From positions 16,185 to 80,184 of the forward strand of contig JANOAJ010000069.1 of NCBI GenBank assembly GCA_031411035.1: DNA of 64,000 bases, given 5' to 3'. Origin of the DNA: Sphingomonadales bacterium. GTDB lineage: Bacteria; Pseudomonadota; Alphaproteobacteria; Sphingomonadales; Sphingomonadaceae. Every line of letters begins with the position of its first letter. Within the stretch, counting starts at the first letter, position 1. Positions 46,101-55,881 of this stretch are shown one piece after another. The notes beneath the pieces are model-generated. The model saw only the letters and a list, made by a program, of their open reading frames with translations. It did not search any database and was not told where the DNA came from. Made by a program: the position numbers and the translations under genes.

Positions 46101-46569
46101 AGCCGATCCGCTGTTCCAGTTCCTGATTGACCGCGACCAGAAAGTCGATCGTGCGCCCCGTCCAGCCCGCGAATTTCGCGACCAGTGCATCAAACAGCGG
46201 CCCGTGCGTCTCTGCCCCGAAATAGGCGGACAGATCGTCACCAAGCGCCGGATCATAGGTGAAGGGAATCTCTTCCGCGTCCGGATCAACGAAAAAGTCG
46301 AACGGGTTGATAACGGTCAGTTCGGCCAGCAGATCAACCTCTACCGTGAAATGATCGACCGGATCTGGGAACACGATTCGCGCCTGCCAATTGCCATGCG
46401 GATCCTGCTGCCAGTTGAGGAAATGGTTCGGCGGGCTGATCTTGAGGGAATAGTTGGGCACATAAGTCCGGCTGTGCGCCGCAGGCCGTAACCGCACCAC
46501 CTGTGGCCCTAGCCGGATCGGCCGGTCATAGCGATAGCGGGTAAGGTGGTGCAGTCCGGCTTTGATCAT
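43189..46569 (-). CDS. Transglutaminase/DUF2126 (putative amidoligase) fusion protein
   Basis: GSCRDSAWL (Cys), DLHAWTE (His), GLDPTSG (Asp); [38 protein letters not shown]. Confidence 0.92.
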   Translation of the reverse strand: MIKAGLHHLTRYRYDRPIRLGPQVVRLRPAAHSRTYVPNYSLKISPPNHFLNWQQDPHGNWQARIVFPDPVDHFTVEVDLLAELTVINPFDFFVDPDAEEIPFTYDPALGDDLSAYFGAETHGPLFDALVAKFAGWTGRTIDFLVAVNQELEQRIGYVIRMEHGVQGPEETLQLGTGSCRDSAWLQIQLLRRLGYAARFVSGYLIQMKADIEPVEGPKGPTADFTDLHAWTEIYLPGAGWVGLDPTSGLFAGEGHIPLAATPHYRAAAPISGGAEVAKVDFHFEMSVSRISEAVRITKPFTDARWQALLDLGGKVDADLLAQDVRLTTGGEPTFIADGDFEAPEWNADAVGPTKADFADRLIRELREQFAPTALLHHGQGKWYPGESLPRWGYSLYWRTDGVPVWRDASLIAREPVAVTPDTPPESVTAETARHFIEQAADGFGLDHDFINPVYEDAVSWIVKEAELPENTSPDDPKIDNPEERNRFMRTFQRGLSKPVGFVLPIQRWNSAPAKAPRWKSEKWKVRRGALFAVPGDSALGYRLPLGSLPYVPPSAFPYIHPRDTSEPREPLSDYRVQGMETGAETKVAQVEKHDPHMRQEHVEAAEGAQQERVEQTIIEGVVRTALAIEPRGDHLSVFIPPVEALEDYLDMIAQIEAVSEALRIPVRIEGYPPPPDPRLRVLKVTPDPGVIEVNIQPAASWTEAVNITERLYETARRCGLTADKFMVDGRSIGTGGGNHLVLGGPSLMDSPFIRRADLLKSFVLYWQRHPSLSYLFSGMFIGPTSQAPRIDEARHDSLYELEIALAQVPGRDDGEPRPWLVDRLFRNLLVDVTGNTHRTEICIDKLFSPDGPTGRLGLVEFRGFEMPPDAQMSLAQQLLLRALTAWFWRAPQSGALVRWGTTLHDRFLLPHPVWADFLEVLADLRVAGYDFDPTWFEAQRQFRFPIHGDVEGGGVTLEISHALEPWDVLGETGAIGGTVRYVDSSTERLQVRATGLVPGRHIIACNGRRVPMTATGVPGEGIGGVRYKAWATANCLHPTMPAHAPLTFDILDSWNQRSLGGCVYHVAHPGGRSYDDVPVNSYEAEARRKARFQNHGHSPGEVAMPPEEMPGEFPMTLDLRRPLRMG

Positions 46570-46728
46570 AAGGCATACAATATTGAATTTTGCTGCAACG
46601 CAACAAGATTCGACGTTACGTGTTGCCGTGGGGCCCTCATTTGGGGTGAAGAAGGCATGCCCAGGCAATCAGACGCAGCGTTGGCCGAAATGGCGATTGT
46701 TCCGCGAACTTATCTGCCCGCTTGATGA

Positions 46729-48834
46729 TCAGGCAAGAATACGAACCAGGGGTTCGCGATCCCAATATCTCTGCCCGGCAATTCCAACGAATTCCTGGTA
46801 GGGGGCCACACCTTCGCCAATTTCGACATTGGCTTTTTCCAGCAGCAATTTGGTAGCCGGGCAGAAACCGATGGGCTTGCAATGGCCAAAGGCATCCATG
46901 AACCACTGGACTGCCGCGCCATCCTTGGCGAGCATTTCGGCCTGATCAGGCATGATGATCGAGGCAACGCCGTCAAACAGCACCGAAGGAGAGCCGGCGA
47001 GCTGACCATCTGCCTTCATCGTGCCGCCCTTCACCGCGATGCTGCCTACCTTGGGCGCGACAGTGAAGACAGTGCCGCCCTTGGCCTCGATTTCCCCCTT
47101 CAGCGTGTCGATGGCATCCTTGCTTGATCCTTCGGCAAACAGGATTGCGTATTTCCTGCCCTTCAACATCGGCTTGGCCTTCTTCACAATCGACAGGGCA
47201 TCAGAAACAGGCATGGCAAACACTTCGCGGGCCGCCTTGGCTTTGGCGGGCAAGTCCATCGCCAGCCCTGCGGCGACCCGTTTCGCAAGATCTTCGTCAA
47301 CATTGCGCAATTGGGACAGCGCCCGCGTGCGGACATGCTCCAGTTGCACCTTGGACAATTCGAACACGATGGCCGAAGCAATATGCGCCTGCTCAATGGG
47401 CGTCTGAGAGTGGTAGAACATGCGCGCCTGACTGAAATGATCGGCAAACAGTTCGGATCGCACACGCAGCTTTTGCGTGCCATCATTGCGTTCGTCATTC
47501 GCAGCATAGGTGGAGACACCCGTTGACGGGCACTCGCGCGGGCCGCCATCCTCACCCGCTTCGCCAAGGCTGTTAGGCTCGTAATTTGCCCGTCCCTTGG
47601 GCACTTGCGTCTGCATCATCCCGTCGCGCTGAAAATTGCGCATCGGACATTTGGGGGCGTTGATGGGTATCTGGTGGAAGTTGGTAGTTCCAAGCCGCGA
47701 TTTTTGGGTATCAAGATAGGAAAACAGGCGGCCTTGCAGCAGCGGATCATTCGAAAAATCGATGCCCGGCACCACATTGGTCGGCAGGAACGCAACCTGT
47801 TCGGTTTCGGCAAAGAAATTGTCCGGATTGCGGTTCAGCGTCATCCGTCCAATGATCTCGACAGGTTGCGCCTCTTCGGGGATCAGTTTGGTCGCATCCA
47901 GAACGTCATAGGGCTGCTTTGATGCCCATGCCTCGTCAAATATCTGAATGCCCAGATCCCAGGCCGGGAAATTCCCGCTGTCGATCGCCTCATAAAGATC
48001 GCGACGGTGGAAATCAGGATCGGCTCCGGCAATTTTGACTGCCTCATCCCAGCAGGTGGAGGCCATGCCCAGCACGGGCCGCCAATGGAACTTGACGAAT
48101 TTCGATTCTCCCTTCGCGTTGATCATGCGGAAAGTGTGGACTCCAAAGCCTTCCATCATCCGCAAGCTGCGCGGCAGGCCGCGATCAGACATGGCCCACA
48201 TCACCATATGCATGGTTTCAGGCATCAGGCTGACAAAATCCCAGAACGTATCGTGCGCCGAACCGGCCTGGGGATACCCCTTGTCCGCTTCCATCTTCAC
48301 GCTGTGGACAAGGTCAGGGAATTTGATCGCATCCTGGATGAAGACTACCGGAATGTTGTTGCCCACCAGATCCCAATTGCCTTCGTCCGTGTAGAATTTC
48401 ACCGCAAAGCCGCGCACGTCACGTGGGGTATCAACCGACCCTGCGCCCCCCGCCACCGTCGAGAAGCGGCAGAAGAGCGGCACGCTATTGCCCTTTTTCT
48501 GAAACAGGCTCGCCTTGGTAAGCTCCGGAATGGCGCGGGTGCATTCGAACACACCGTGCGCGCCGCTGCCGCGCGCATGGACGATCCGTTCGGGAATGCG
48601 TTCGTGATCAAAATGGAAAATCTTTTCGCGCAGCACGAAGTCTTCAAGCAGTGTTGGTCCGCGTTCTCCCGCTCTCAGGCTGTTCTGGTTGTCTGACACG
48701 CGCACGCCGTGGTTGGTGGTCAGGTGCGAGGCACCGTCCGCGTGATCGCCCTTGTGCGGCACATGCTGATGCGTTTCGCCACCCGCGCCGATGCGCGTTT
48801 CCATCGAAGATCCCGATTTGCCTGTGTCAGTCAT
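46729..48834 (-). CDS. katE: Large-subunit catalase HPII
   Basis: [34 protein letters not shown]; C-terminal DJ-1-like domain; 701 aa. Confidence 0.96.
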   Translation of the reverse strand: MTDTGKSGSSMETRIGAGGETHQHVPHKGDHADGASHLTTNHGVRVSDNQNSLRAGERGPTLLEDFVLREKIFHFDHERIPERIVHARGSGAHGVFECTRAIPELTKASLFQKKGNSVPLFCRFSTVAGGAGSVDTPRDVRGFAVKFYTDEGNWDLVGNNIPVVFIQDAIKFPDLVHSVKMEADKGYPQAGSAHDTFWDFVSLMPETMHMVMWAMSDRGLPRSLRMMEGFGVHTFRMINAKGESKFVKFHWRPVLGMASTCWDEAVKIAGADPDFHRRDLYEAIDSGNFPAWDLGIQIFDEAWASKQPYDVLDATKLIPEEAQPVEIIGRMTLNRNPDNFFAETEQVAFLPTNVVPGIDFSNDPLLQGRLFSYLDTQKSRLGTTNFHQIPINAPKCPMRNFQRDGMMQTQVPKGRANYEPNSLGEAGEDGGPRECPSTGVSTYAANDERNDGTQKLRVRSELFADHFSQARMFYHSQTPIEQAHIASAIVFELSKVQLEHVRTRALSQLRNVDEDLAKRVAAGLAMDLPAKAKAAREVFAMPVSDALSIVKKAKPMLKGRKYAILFAEGSSKDAIDTLKGEIEAKGGTVFTVAPKVGSIAVKGGTMKADGQLAGSPSVLFDGVASIIMPDQAEMLAKDGAAVQWFMDAFGHCKPIGFCPATKLLLEKANVEIGEGVAPYQEFVGIAGQRYWDREPLVRILA

Positions 48835-48864
48835 ACATCACTCCCTTACGCGCTATCATTTCCC

Positions 48865-48889
48865 AACGCGCTGACGGCAGGATGGTTCC
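48865..48889 (-). promoter_or_regulatory. EcfG (general stress sigma) promoter for katE
   Basis: Minus strand GGAAC-N16-CGTT, perfect consensus. Confidence 0.85.
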
Positions 48890-49034
48890 CTGGGAGCCAA
48901 TGATTATGCCCTATCAAGCCCACATTTCCATTTCCCGACTGTGATCCGCACCCCGATCCGACCCGGTCGACCTGAGTATTCAAGAGGTCAGGCCATCCCT
49001 GTTTCGTGAAGGCGTTGAAAAATTCTGCCGGTCG

Positions 49035-49059
49035 GGAACCAATTTGAAAGTGCGTTGTT
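49035..49059 (+). promoter_or_regulatory. EcfG-like promoter upstream of the candidate sRNA
   Basis: GGAAC-N16-TGTT. Confidence 0.6.
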
Positions 49060-49064
49060 TTGGC

Positions 49065-49147
49065 AGGCGTGATGCCCTCGCTCCTCCCCCGATTAGACGG
49101 GCATCGCGCGTATTTCCCCCGGTGGCTTCGCCACCGGGGGATTTGTT
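49065..49147 (+). ncRNA. Candidate general-stress small RNA with C-rich (anti-SD) loop
   Basis: 11-bp stem 49067-49077/49099-49109 with CUCCUCCCCC in the loop, then a 12-bp terminator hairpin 49115-49141 and UUUGUU; no convincing ORF. Confidence 0.65.
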
Positions 49148-49418
49148 CGTCCGCGATGGAAGACCAAAAAGCAATTCCCGCCATCCAACCCGTCGCCGCT
49201 TTGGCATGCCAAAAGACATCGACGCCACTTGCCCGGAGATTACACATATCGATCCGCTCCAAGCGGCAATCCTTCGCATCGTTGCCTTGGCAGACAAAGC
49301 CGAATACGATCCGGTCCCATAGTTACTACACGGTATTAGACAACCCAGAATGAATTTTCTGCGTTGAGACCGTTTGAAATTATGAACTGTTCAGCCATCC
49401 GGGATCGTTAAAGGTTTC

Positions 49419-50045
49419 ATGACAAACCATGCAGGAAAATCGGGCAAGTCGCCCTGGACGAGCGTGCGGGATCGAGCGAGCGAACGAGAGGAGAAGCGCG
49501 AAGCAGTGCTGCATGCCGCAGCACAAGCGTTCAGCCGGAATGGCTATTATCGCACCTCGCTCGACCAGATCGCAGAGCGGCTGGGGATCACCAAGCCCAC
49601 GCTCTATTATTATGCGAAGAACAAGGAAGACCTGATCGCGGCTGTGATGGAACGCGCATTGGAGCAGATGCTTGTCGAGCTTCCGATAGACCCGCACTCT
49701 AGCGCTTATGAGCAGTTGCGGATATTTCTGAGAAATTATGCCGAGATCGTGGCAACCGATTTCGGACTTTGCCTTGTACAGTTGAATAATTCGGATCTGA
49801 GCGAGAGCGTAAGCGTCAGGATCCGTGGCGGAAAGGCGGCGATCGACAAGCGCATCCGCGAATTCCTCGTCAAGGGAATAGACGATGGCTCGATCGCCCC
49901 TTGTGACGTAAAACTGACGGCGTTCATGATCGCTGGCGCCATCAATGGCATCGGTAGCTGGTATCGCAAGGGGACAGGATTGGACACAGCGTCAATCGCC
50001 GAAATCTATGTCAATCAGCTCGGTGCCGGCCTTCGTCCGCGATAA
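49419..50045 (+). CDS. TetR-family regulator
   Basis: FSRNGYYRTSLDQIAERLGITKPTLYYYAKNKEDL. Confidence 0.95.
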   Translation: MTNHAGKSGKSPWTSVRDRASEREEKREAVLHAAAQAFSRNGYYRTSLDQIAERLGITKPTLYYYAKNKEDLIAAVMERALEQMLVELPIDPHSSAYEQLRIFLRNYAEIVATDFGLCLVQLNNSDLSESVSVRIRGGKAAIDKRIREFLVKGIDDGSIAPCDVKLTAFMIAGAINGIGSWYRKGTGLDTASIAEIYVNQLGAGLRPR

Positions 50046-50057
50046 CGAATTAATCGT

Positions 50058-50094
50058 TGCTACTTGTGAGTAACATAGCTACTTCTAAGTTGCA
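50058..50094. promoter_or_regulatory. Two tandem 18-bp imperfect palindromes, putative TetR operators
   Basis: TGCTACT-tgtg-AGTAACA (50058-50075) and AGCTACT-tcta-AGTTGCA (50077-50094). Confidence 0.6.
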
Positions 50095-50170
50095 GAATCG
50101 TCGAATCATTCCTCGGAGCCACGGGCGATGCTGCTGAAACGTCCGAACGGGGACAGGAAGCAGGAGGCGA

Positions 50171-51730
50171 TTGAAGGTTGTGACAAGCTATGTTGGCGCG
50201 ATAATTGCGGCAGCCGAGGCCCGGCTCGATACGCCCGCTTCGATTTTCGGCGGCCACGCGCTATCTTGGCGCGAGATGCTGGATCGCGCCGCGCGCCTTG
50301 CCGGGGGGCTTTTGTCGCTGGGCCTGAAGCCGGGCGATCGCGTCGCCATTATTTCTGGCAACAGTGCCGACTATCTCGCTCTCTATCTTGCCGTGCCGTG
50401 GGCTGGCGGCGTGCTGGCACCGCTAAACTGCCGCTGGAGTGCAGCCGAAAACGCCTTTGCGATCGATGACTGCACCCCGCACGTCATTTTCGTCAGCGAC
50501 GACTTTGCCAAGGCCAACGCGGAAACTTTGGCGGCCCGTGCGGATCGGATCACCATTGTGGCTCTGGACCAGGGCGAACCGGGATGGATCGCCCTGAAGA
50601 CGCTCCTGGCGAGCGATCCGGCCGAGGTGGTACCGCGCGGCGGCAGCGATGTTTTGACGATTTATTACACCGGCGGCACCACCGGACGCTCGAAGGGCGT
50701 GATGATCAGCCATGCGGGCCTGGTCGGCAATTGCCGCGCAATGCGTGATCTGGGAATCTGCCCCGATGGCGCGCGGATGCTGATCGTCGCGCCGCTATTC
50801 CATCTGGCGGCGGGCGCTGCGCTTTCAATGGCGATGCTGGCGGGCGGCACCGCCGTGATCGCCTCCGTGTTCGATCCGGCAGCGACGCTCAACCTGATCG
50901 CGGACCAGCATGTCACTGACGCACTGCTGGTTCCGACGATGATCCAGCTACTCCTTGATACGCCGACATTCGACGAGGCGAAGCTCTCTTCGCTGCGAAG
51001 GATCTTTTACGGTGCGTCGCCAATGCCCGAGGCGACGATGGACCGCATTATCGCGGCAGCCCCGCATGTCGATTTCTATCAGGCGTACGGGATGACGGAA
51101 GTCTCGTGCACCGCGACCGTACTGCTACCCGAGCATCATCATGGTGCGCATCGTGAAGCGGGGCGGCATCGCGGTGCCGGCCTGCCCCTGGCGACCGCAG
51201 AAATTGCGATTGCGGACTCATCAGGCCAGTTGCTTCCTGCAGGCGAAGTGGGCGAAATCCTGGTGCGCGGTTCGGGCGTGATGCTCGGTTACTGGAACCA
51301 GCCCGCGCTAACCGCAGATGCGTTGCGGAACGGATGGATGCATACCGGCGACGGCGGACGGATCGACGAGATCGGAATTCTGTACGTCGTCGATCGCCTC
51401 AAGGACATGATCGTCTCGGGCGGTGAGAACATCTATTCCGCCGAGGTGGAAAGCGCGATCAGCTTGCATCCATCGGTGGCGCAGGTGGCGGTGATTGGCG
51501 TGCCAGATGCCCGCTGGGGAGAACGCGTCCACGCGGTCATTGTGTCGCGCGAAGGCAGTAGCGTGAGCAGCGACGCAATTATTGCACACTGCCGCGCGCT
51601 CATCGCCGGATACAAGCTTCCGCGCAGTGTGGAATTCAGGGATGCCCTGCCCCTGTCGGCGGCTGGCAAGGTGCTGAAGGCCGATTTGCGCGCGCCCTAT
51701 TGGAAAGGACATGCGCGCAATGTCGCCTGA
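50171..51730 (+). CDS. Acyl-CoA synthetase (AMP-binding)
   Basis: YTGGTTGRSKG, QAYGMTE, HTGDGG, DRLKDMIVSGGENIYSAEVE; TTG start with GGAGG RBS. Confidence 0.93.
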   Translation: MKVVTSYVGAIIAAAEARLDTPASIFGGHALSWREMLDRAARLAGGLLSLGLKPGDRVAIISGNSADYLALYLAVPWAGGVLAPLNCRWSAAENAFAIDDCTPHVIFVSDDFAKANAETLAARADRITIVALDQGEPGWIALKTLLASDPAEVVPRGGSDVLTIYYTGGTTGRSKGVMISHAGLVGNCRAMRDLGICPDGARMLIVAPLFHLAAGAALSMAMLAGGTAVIASVFDPAATLNLIADQHVTDALLVPTMIQLLLDTPTFDEAKLSSLRRIFYGASPMPEATMDRIIAAAPHVDFYQAYGMTEVSCTATVLLPEHHHGAHREAGRHRGAGLPLATAEIAIADSSGQLLPAGEVGEILVRGSGVMLGYWNQPALTADALRNGWMHTGDGGRIDEIGILYVVDRLKDMIVSGGENIYSAEVESAISLHPSVAQVAVIGVPDARWGERVHAVIVSREGSSVSSDAIIAHCRALIAGYKLPRSVEFRDALPLSAAGKVLKADLRAPYWKGHARNVA

Positions 51731-52880
51731 ACTGCCGTTCAGATCGCCCTGGGTCGACGATGAGCTGGAGATGCTCGGCGATCAGGTGGGACGCTTCCTT
51801 GATCGCGAATTGGTACCTCACCGCGAGCGATGGGATCGTGAGGGGATCGTTGACCGTGCGGCTTGGGAGAAAGCAGGAGACGCCGGCATCCTGTGCGCCA
51901 GCGTTCCGGTCGAATATGGCGGCGGCGGCGGCACGCGCGCGCATGAGGCAGTGATCATCCAGGAAATTGCCCGCGCCGGCCTGGGTGGCGGGTTCGGCGT
52001 CGGCAACACGATTAGCTCGGGTATCGTGGCGCACTATATCCTCGCCTATGGCAGCGAAGAGCAGAAGCAACGCTGGCTGCCGGCAATGGCGCGGGGCGAA
52101 CGGATCGGGGCGATCGCGATGACCGAACCGGGCGCGGGATCGGATCTGCAGAACATCCGCACGCGCGCGACGCCTGCACCGGACGGCTGGCTTCTCAGCG
52201 GCCAGAAAACATTCATCTCGAACGGCCAGAATGCGGATCTGATCGTCGTCGCGGCGCGCACTGGCGATGCCGGTGCCAGAGGCATTTCGCTGCTTGTCGT
52301 GGAAACCGAAGGAGCAGACGGGTTTCGCCGCGGGCGCAATCTCGAAAAGCTGGGCATGCATGCCCAAGACACATCCGAACTGTTCTTCGATGACGTGTTC
52401 GTTCGCGCTGACAATGTGCTCGGACCAATCGGCCAGGGCTTCGCGCAGCTTATGAACCAGCTTGCGTGGGAACGGATGATCATCGGCCTCGAGGCTGTGG
52501 TGAATATGGAGCGCGCTGTGGCGCTGACCACCGCTTATGCCCGCGAACGTCGCGCATTTGGCAAGGCGCTGATGGATTTTCAGAACACCCAGTTCGTGCT
52601 GGCAGAATGCGCGACGCAGGCGACGGTCGCACGCGCCCTGATCGACACGATGATGATGCGCCTCCTCGGGGGTCAGCTTGATGCCGTGACCGCCGCGAAG
52701 GTGAAATTGTGGACCACTGACGCGCAATTCAAGCTGATCGACGCGTGTCAGCAGTTGTTCGGCGGCTATGGCTATATGGCCGAATATCCGATCGCCCGGC
52801 TGTTCGCCGATGCGCGCGTCAGCCGCGTCTATGGCGGCGCCAACGAAATCATGAAGCTGATCATCGCCCGCGCGCTGTGA
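51720..52880 (+). CDS. Acyl-CoA dehydrogenase
   Basis: AIAMTEPGAGSDL, GQKTFISNG, QLFGGYGYMAEYPIAR, YGGANEIMK. Confidence 0.95.
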   Translation: MSPELPFRSPWVDDELEMLGDQVGRFLDRELVPHRERWDREGIVDRAAWEKAGDAGILCASVPVEYGGGGGTRAHEAVIIQEIARAGLGGGFGVGNTISSGIVAHYILAYGSEEQKQRWLPAMARGERIGAIAMTEPGAGSDLQNIRTRATPAPDGWLLSGQKTFISNGQNADLIVVAARTGDAGARGISLLVVETEGADGFRRGRNLEKLGMHAQDTSELFFDDVFVRADNVLGPIGQGFAQLMNQLAWERMIIGLEAVVNMERAVALTTAYARERRAFGKALMDFQNTQFVLAECATQATVARALIDTMMMRLLGGQLDAVTAAKVKLWTTDAQFKLIDACQQLFGGYGYMAEYPIARLFADARVSRVYGGANEIMKLIIARAL

Positions 52881-52902
52881 GCGCGCGGACGAGCATGGGA
52901 GT

Positions 52903-54093
52903 ATGGGGATGACCAAAGCACGTATCGCCGGAGTGGGCATGATTCCGTTCACCAAGCCTGGCCAGAGCGAGGACTGGGATGTGATGGCCGAAAAGGCGGT
53001 GCGGCTGGCGCTGGCCGATGCCGGGGTGACTTATGACCAGATTCAGCAGGCCTATGTTGGCTATGTCTATGCGGATTCAACGGCAGGCCAGTCGGCGCTG
53101 TACCGCGTTGGCGTCACTGGCATTCCCATCATCAACGTCAACAATAATTGCTCGACGGGATCAACCGCACTCTATCTTGCGCGGCAGATGGTCGCCACTG
53201 GCGCCGCAGATTGCGTGCTGGCCGTTGGTTTCGAACAGATGGTGCCGGGCGCCCTCGGCATGGCGTTCAATGATCGCAAGCGCACGCTCGACCATCATCT
53301 CTCGAAACAGATCGAAATCCAGGGTTGGGATGATACCGCGCCAATGGCCGCGCAACAGTTCGGCGGCGGCGGACTCGATCACCAGGCGCGCTATGGCACT
53401 AGCGACGAAGCGTTCGGGCTGATCAGCGTCAAGGCGCGCCGCCACGCTGCGAACAACCCGCTCGCTTTGTTCCGCGCGCCGATCACGCTTGAGGAAGTGA
53501 TGGCATCAAAGCATCTCTACGGCCCGATCACGAGGTTTCAGGCGTGTCCGCCGACGTGTGGCGCGGCGGCTGCGGTGTTGGTTTCGCCGGCTTTTGCCGC
53601 CAAGCATAATCTCGATGCGGCGGTGGAAATCGTCGCGCAGGCGCTGACGACCGACGTATCCGGCACGTTCGAAGGCCGATCGATGATGAGCATCATCGGC
53701 TATGACATGGCAAAGGAAGCGGCGCGGCAGGTCTATGAAGAAGCGGGCTTGGGTCCTGACGACGTGCAGGTGGTCGAGCTGCATGACTGCTTCACGCCGA
53801 ACGAACTGATCTCATATGAAGCACTGGGGCTCTGCGCGGAAGGCGATGCGGAAGCCTATATCCGTGACGGGCAGAATTCCTATGGCGGCAAGCACGTCAC
53901 CAACCCTTCGGGCGGCCTGTTGTCAAAGGGCCATCCGCTCGGCGCGACCGGTCTCGCGCAATGCTACGAGCTGACCCACCAACTGCGGGGCACATCGGAT
54001 GCGCGGCAGGTGGCGGACGTCCGCTTTGCGCTGCAGCACAATGTCGGGCTGGGCGGCGCTTGCGTGGTCACTCTCTATGGCAAGGCAGTCTGA
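52903..54093 (+). CDS. SCP2/SCPx-type thiolase (lipid-transfer protein)
   Basis: NVNNNCSTG, ELHDCF, NPSGGLLSKGHPLGATG, HNVGLGGACVV. Confidence 0.93.
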   Translation: MGMTKARIAGVGMIPFTKPGQSEDWDVMAEKAVRLALADAGVTYDQIQQAYVGYVYADSTAGQSALYRVGVTGIPIINVNNNCSTGSTALYLARQMVATGAADCVLAVGFEQMVPGALGMAFNDRKRTLDHHLSKQIEIQGWDDTAPMAAQQFGGGGLDHQARYGTSDEAFGLISVKARRHAANNPLALFRAPITLEEVMASKHLYGPITRFQACPPTCGAAAAVLVSPAFAAKHNLDAAVEIVAQALTTDVSGTFEGRSMMSIIGYDMAKEAARQVYEEAGLGPDDVQVVELHDCFTPNELISYEALGLCAEGDAEAYIRDGQNSYGGKHVTNPSGGLLSKGHPLGATGLAQCYELTHQLRGTSDARQVADVRFALQHNVGLGGACVVTLYGKAV

Positions 54094-54554
54094 TGGCAAT
54101 TGATCGAGAGAAGCATGTGGGCATCGTCTCCGAGCCCCGCTTGGTGGATGTCGAGAAGGGCTTTCTGAAGTTCTTCGCCAAGGCGACCGGCGAGACCGAT
54201 CCGGTCTATTTTGATGAGGACGCAGCGCGCGCAGCCGGGCATCCAACGCTGCCCGCCCCGCCGACATATCTGTTCTCGCTGGCGCTCTCTGCCCCCGCAA
54301 GGCGCGGCGACGTATTCGACAAGGCGAACGGGATCGGCGTCGATCTGGCCGGGGTGTTGCACGGCGAACAGAGCTTCACCTATCATCAGCCAATCTACGC
54401 CGGGGACCGCCTGACACTTACGACCACGACTAAGGACATATACGCCAAGAAGGGCGGCGCGCTGGAATTCATCGTGCAGGATACCCAGGCAGCCAATGAT
54501 GCGGGAGTGCTGTGCGTCGAGATGCGGATGGTAACGGTGGTGCGCAATGGTTGA
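54093..54554 (+). CDS. MaoC-like hot-dog protein (N-terminal type)
   Basis: FAKATGETDPVYFDE, APPTY, LHGEQSFTYHQPIYAGD; start at ATG 54093. Confidence 0.88.
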   Translation: MAIDREKHVGIVSEPRLVDVEKGFLKFFAKATGETDPVYFDEDAARAAGHPTLPAPPTYLFSLALSAPARRGDVFDKANGIGVDLAGVLHGEQSFTYHQPIYAGDRLTLTTTTKDIYAKKGGALEFIVQDTQAANDAGVLCVEMRMVTVVRNG

Positions 54555-54960
54555 GCCTGTCTCCTTCACGTCGGGCCAGCACCTGCCGGAACTGGTTCGC
54601 GGCCCGATCACGCGCGGCACGCTGGCCTTGTTTGCCGGGGCCAGCCACGATCACGTGCCGTTCCACATCGACAGCGATTGCGCGAAGGCGTTTGGCATGG
54701 ACGATGTGTTTGCCCACGGCATGCTGTCGATGGCCTATCTCGGCCAGGCGGTGAAAAGCTGGGCGCCGCAGGAGCGCCTGCGCACCTGGAATGTCCGTTT
54801 CACCGCGATCACGCCGCTCGGCTCCGTGGTGTGTTGCCGCGGCTCCGTAAGTGAGGTCTTCGAAGACCGGGGCGAGAGGCGCGCGCGGATCAGGATAGGC
54901 ACGTGGACCCAGGACAATGTGCAGACGCTTGATGGCGAAGCCGTCATCGCACTCGATTAG
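54547..54960 (+). CDS. MaoC-like (R)-enoyl-CoA hydratase
   Basis: FAGASHDHVPFHID...VFAHGMLSMA hydratase-2 motif. Confidence 0.9.
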   Translation: MVEPVSFTSGQHLPELVRGPITRGTLALFAGASHDHVPFHIDSDCAKAFGMDDVFAHGMLSMAYLGQAVKSWAPQERLRTWNVRFTAITPLGSVVCCRGSVSEVFEDRGERRARIRIGTWTQDNVQTLDGEAVIALD

Positions 54961-54973
54961 AGGGAACGTAAAC

Positions 54974-55801
54974 ATGGGTAATCTGGCAGGCAAGGTCGCC
55001 ATCATTTCAGGCTCTGGCCGCGGTATCGGGCGTGCGATCGCCCTGAAGCTGGCATCGCAGGGCGCGTCTATCGTCGTCAACGACCTTGATGAAGACCCCG
55101 CCATGGAAACGGTGGCCGCGATTGAGGCGGCGGGCGGCAAAGCGGTGACTTGTATCGGCAACGTGACCGCCGAGGATTTCGGCGACCGCTTCGTGGAGGC
55201 GGCGCTTTTGGAATTTGGGGGGCTCAACATCATCGTAAACAACGCCGGCTATACCCGCGACGGCGTTATCCAGAAGCAGACCGACGAGCAGTTCCAGGCC
55301 ATGATCGACGTGCACGTCACCGCGCCCTTCCGCATCCTGCGCGCGGCGGCAGAGCCGATCCGCCTGATGGCCAGGAAGGAAGCGGAAGAGGGCCGGGAAG
55401 TGATCCGCAAAGTCGTCAACATCTCTTCGATGGCGGGGACACAAGGCAATCCGGGGCAGGTAAACTATGCCTCCGCCAAGTCCGCCCTGATCGGCATGAC
55501 CAAAACGCTGTCGAAGGAATGGGGACGGTACAAGGTGTGCGTGAACTGCGTCGCGTTCGGCTTCATCGAGACCCGGCTGACCAGACGCAATGACAACCCT
55601 GAAACCCTTATCGAGATCGAGGGACGAACGATCCAGACAGGCGTTCCCGCACAAGCTCTGGATGCGTTCAAGACGATGATTCCCCTTGGCCGGGCGGGAA
55701 CACCCGAAGAGGCGGCCGGGAGCGTCTATCTGTTGTGCCAGCCCGAAAGCGATTATATCAGCGGGCAGGTGCTGCTGGTGGGCGGCGGGATCAGCTTCTG
55801 A
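54974..55801 (+). CDS. Short-chain dehydrogenase (3-hydroxyacyl/3-oxoacyl-CoA type)
   Basis: SGSGRGIG, VVNDL, NNAG, YASAK. Confidence 0.92.
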   Translation: MGNLAGKVAIISGSGRGIGRAIALKLASQGASIVVNDLDEDPAMETVAAIEAAGGKAVTCIGNVTAEDFGDRFVEAALLEFGGLNIIVNNAGYTRDGVIQKQTDEQFQAMIDVHVTAPFRILRAAAEPIRLMARKEAEEGREVIRKVVNISSMAGTQGNPGQVNYASAKSALIGMTKTLSKEWGRYKVCVNCVAFGFIETRLTRRNDNPETLIEIEGRTIQTGVPAQALDAFKTMIPLGRAGTPEEAAGSVYLLCQPESDYISGQVLLVGGGISF

Positions 55802-55881
55802 TCTGAAACAGTGATAGAAAATGCATAGCAAAGATTATATTTCTGGAATAAGAGTACCGGTTCCCGTTCCGGAGCTGCTCC

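Noticed and set aside
49065-49147. Cuckoo (alpha-r14) RNA assignment
   Set aside because: Only one C-rich loop, whereas cuckoo RNAs carry 2-4 repeated CCUCCUCCC hairpins; kept as an unassigned sRNA candidate
49383-49409. EcfG-like TGAAC...CGTT upstream of tetR
   Set aside because: An 18-nt spacer, a mismatched -35 and only 9 nt to the start codon
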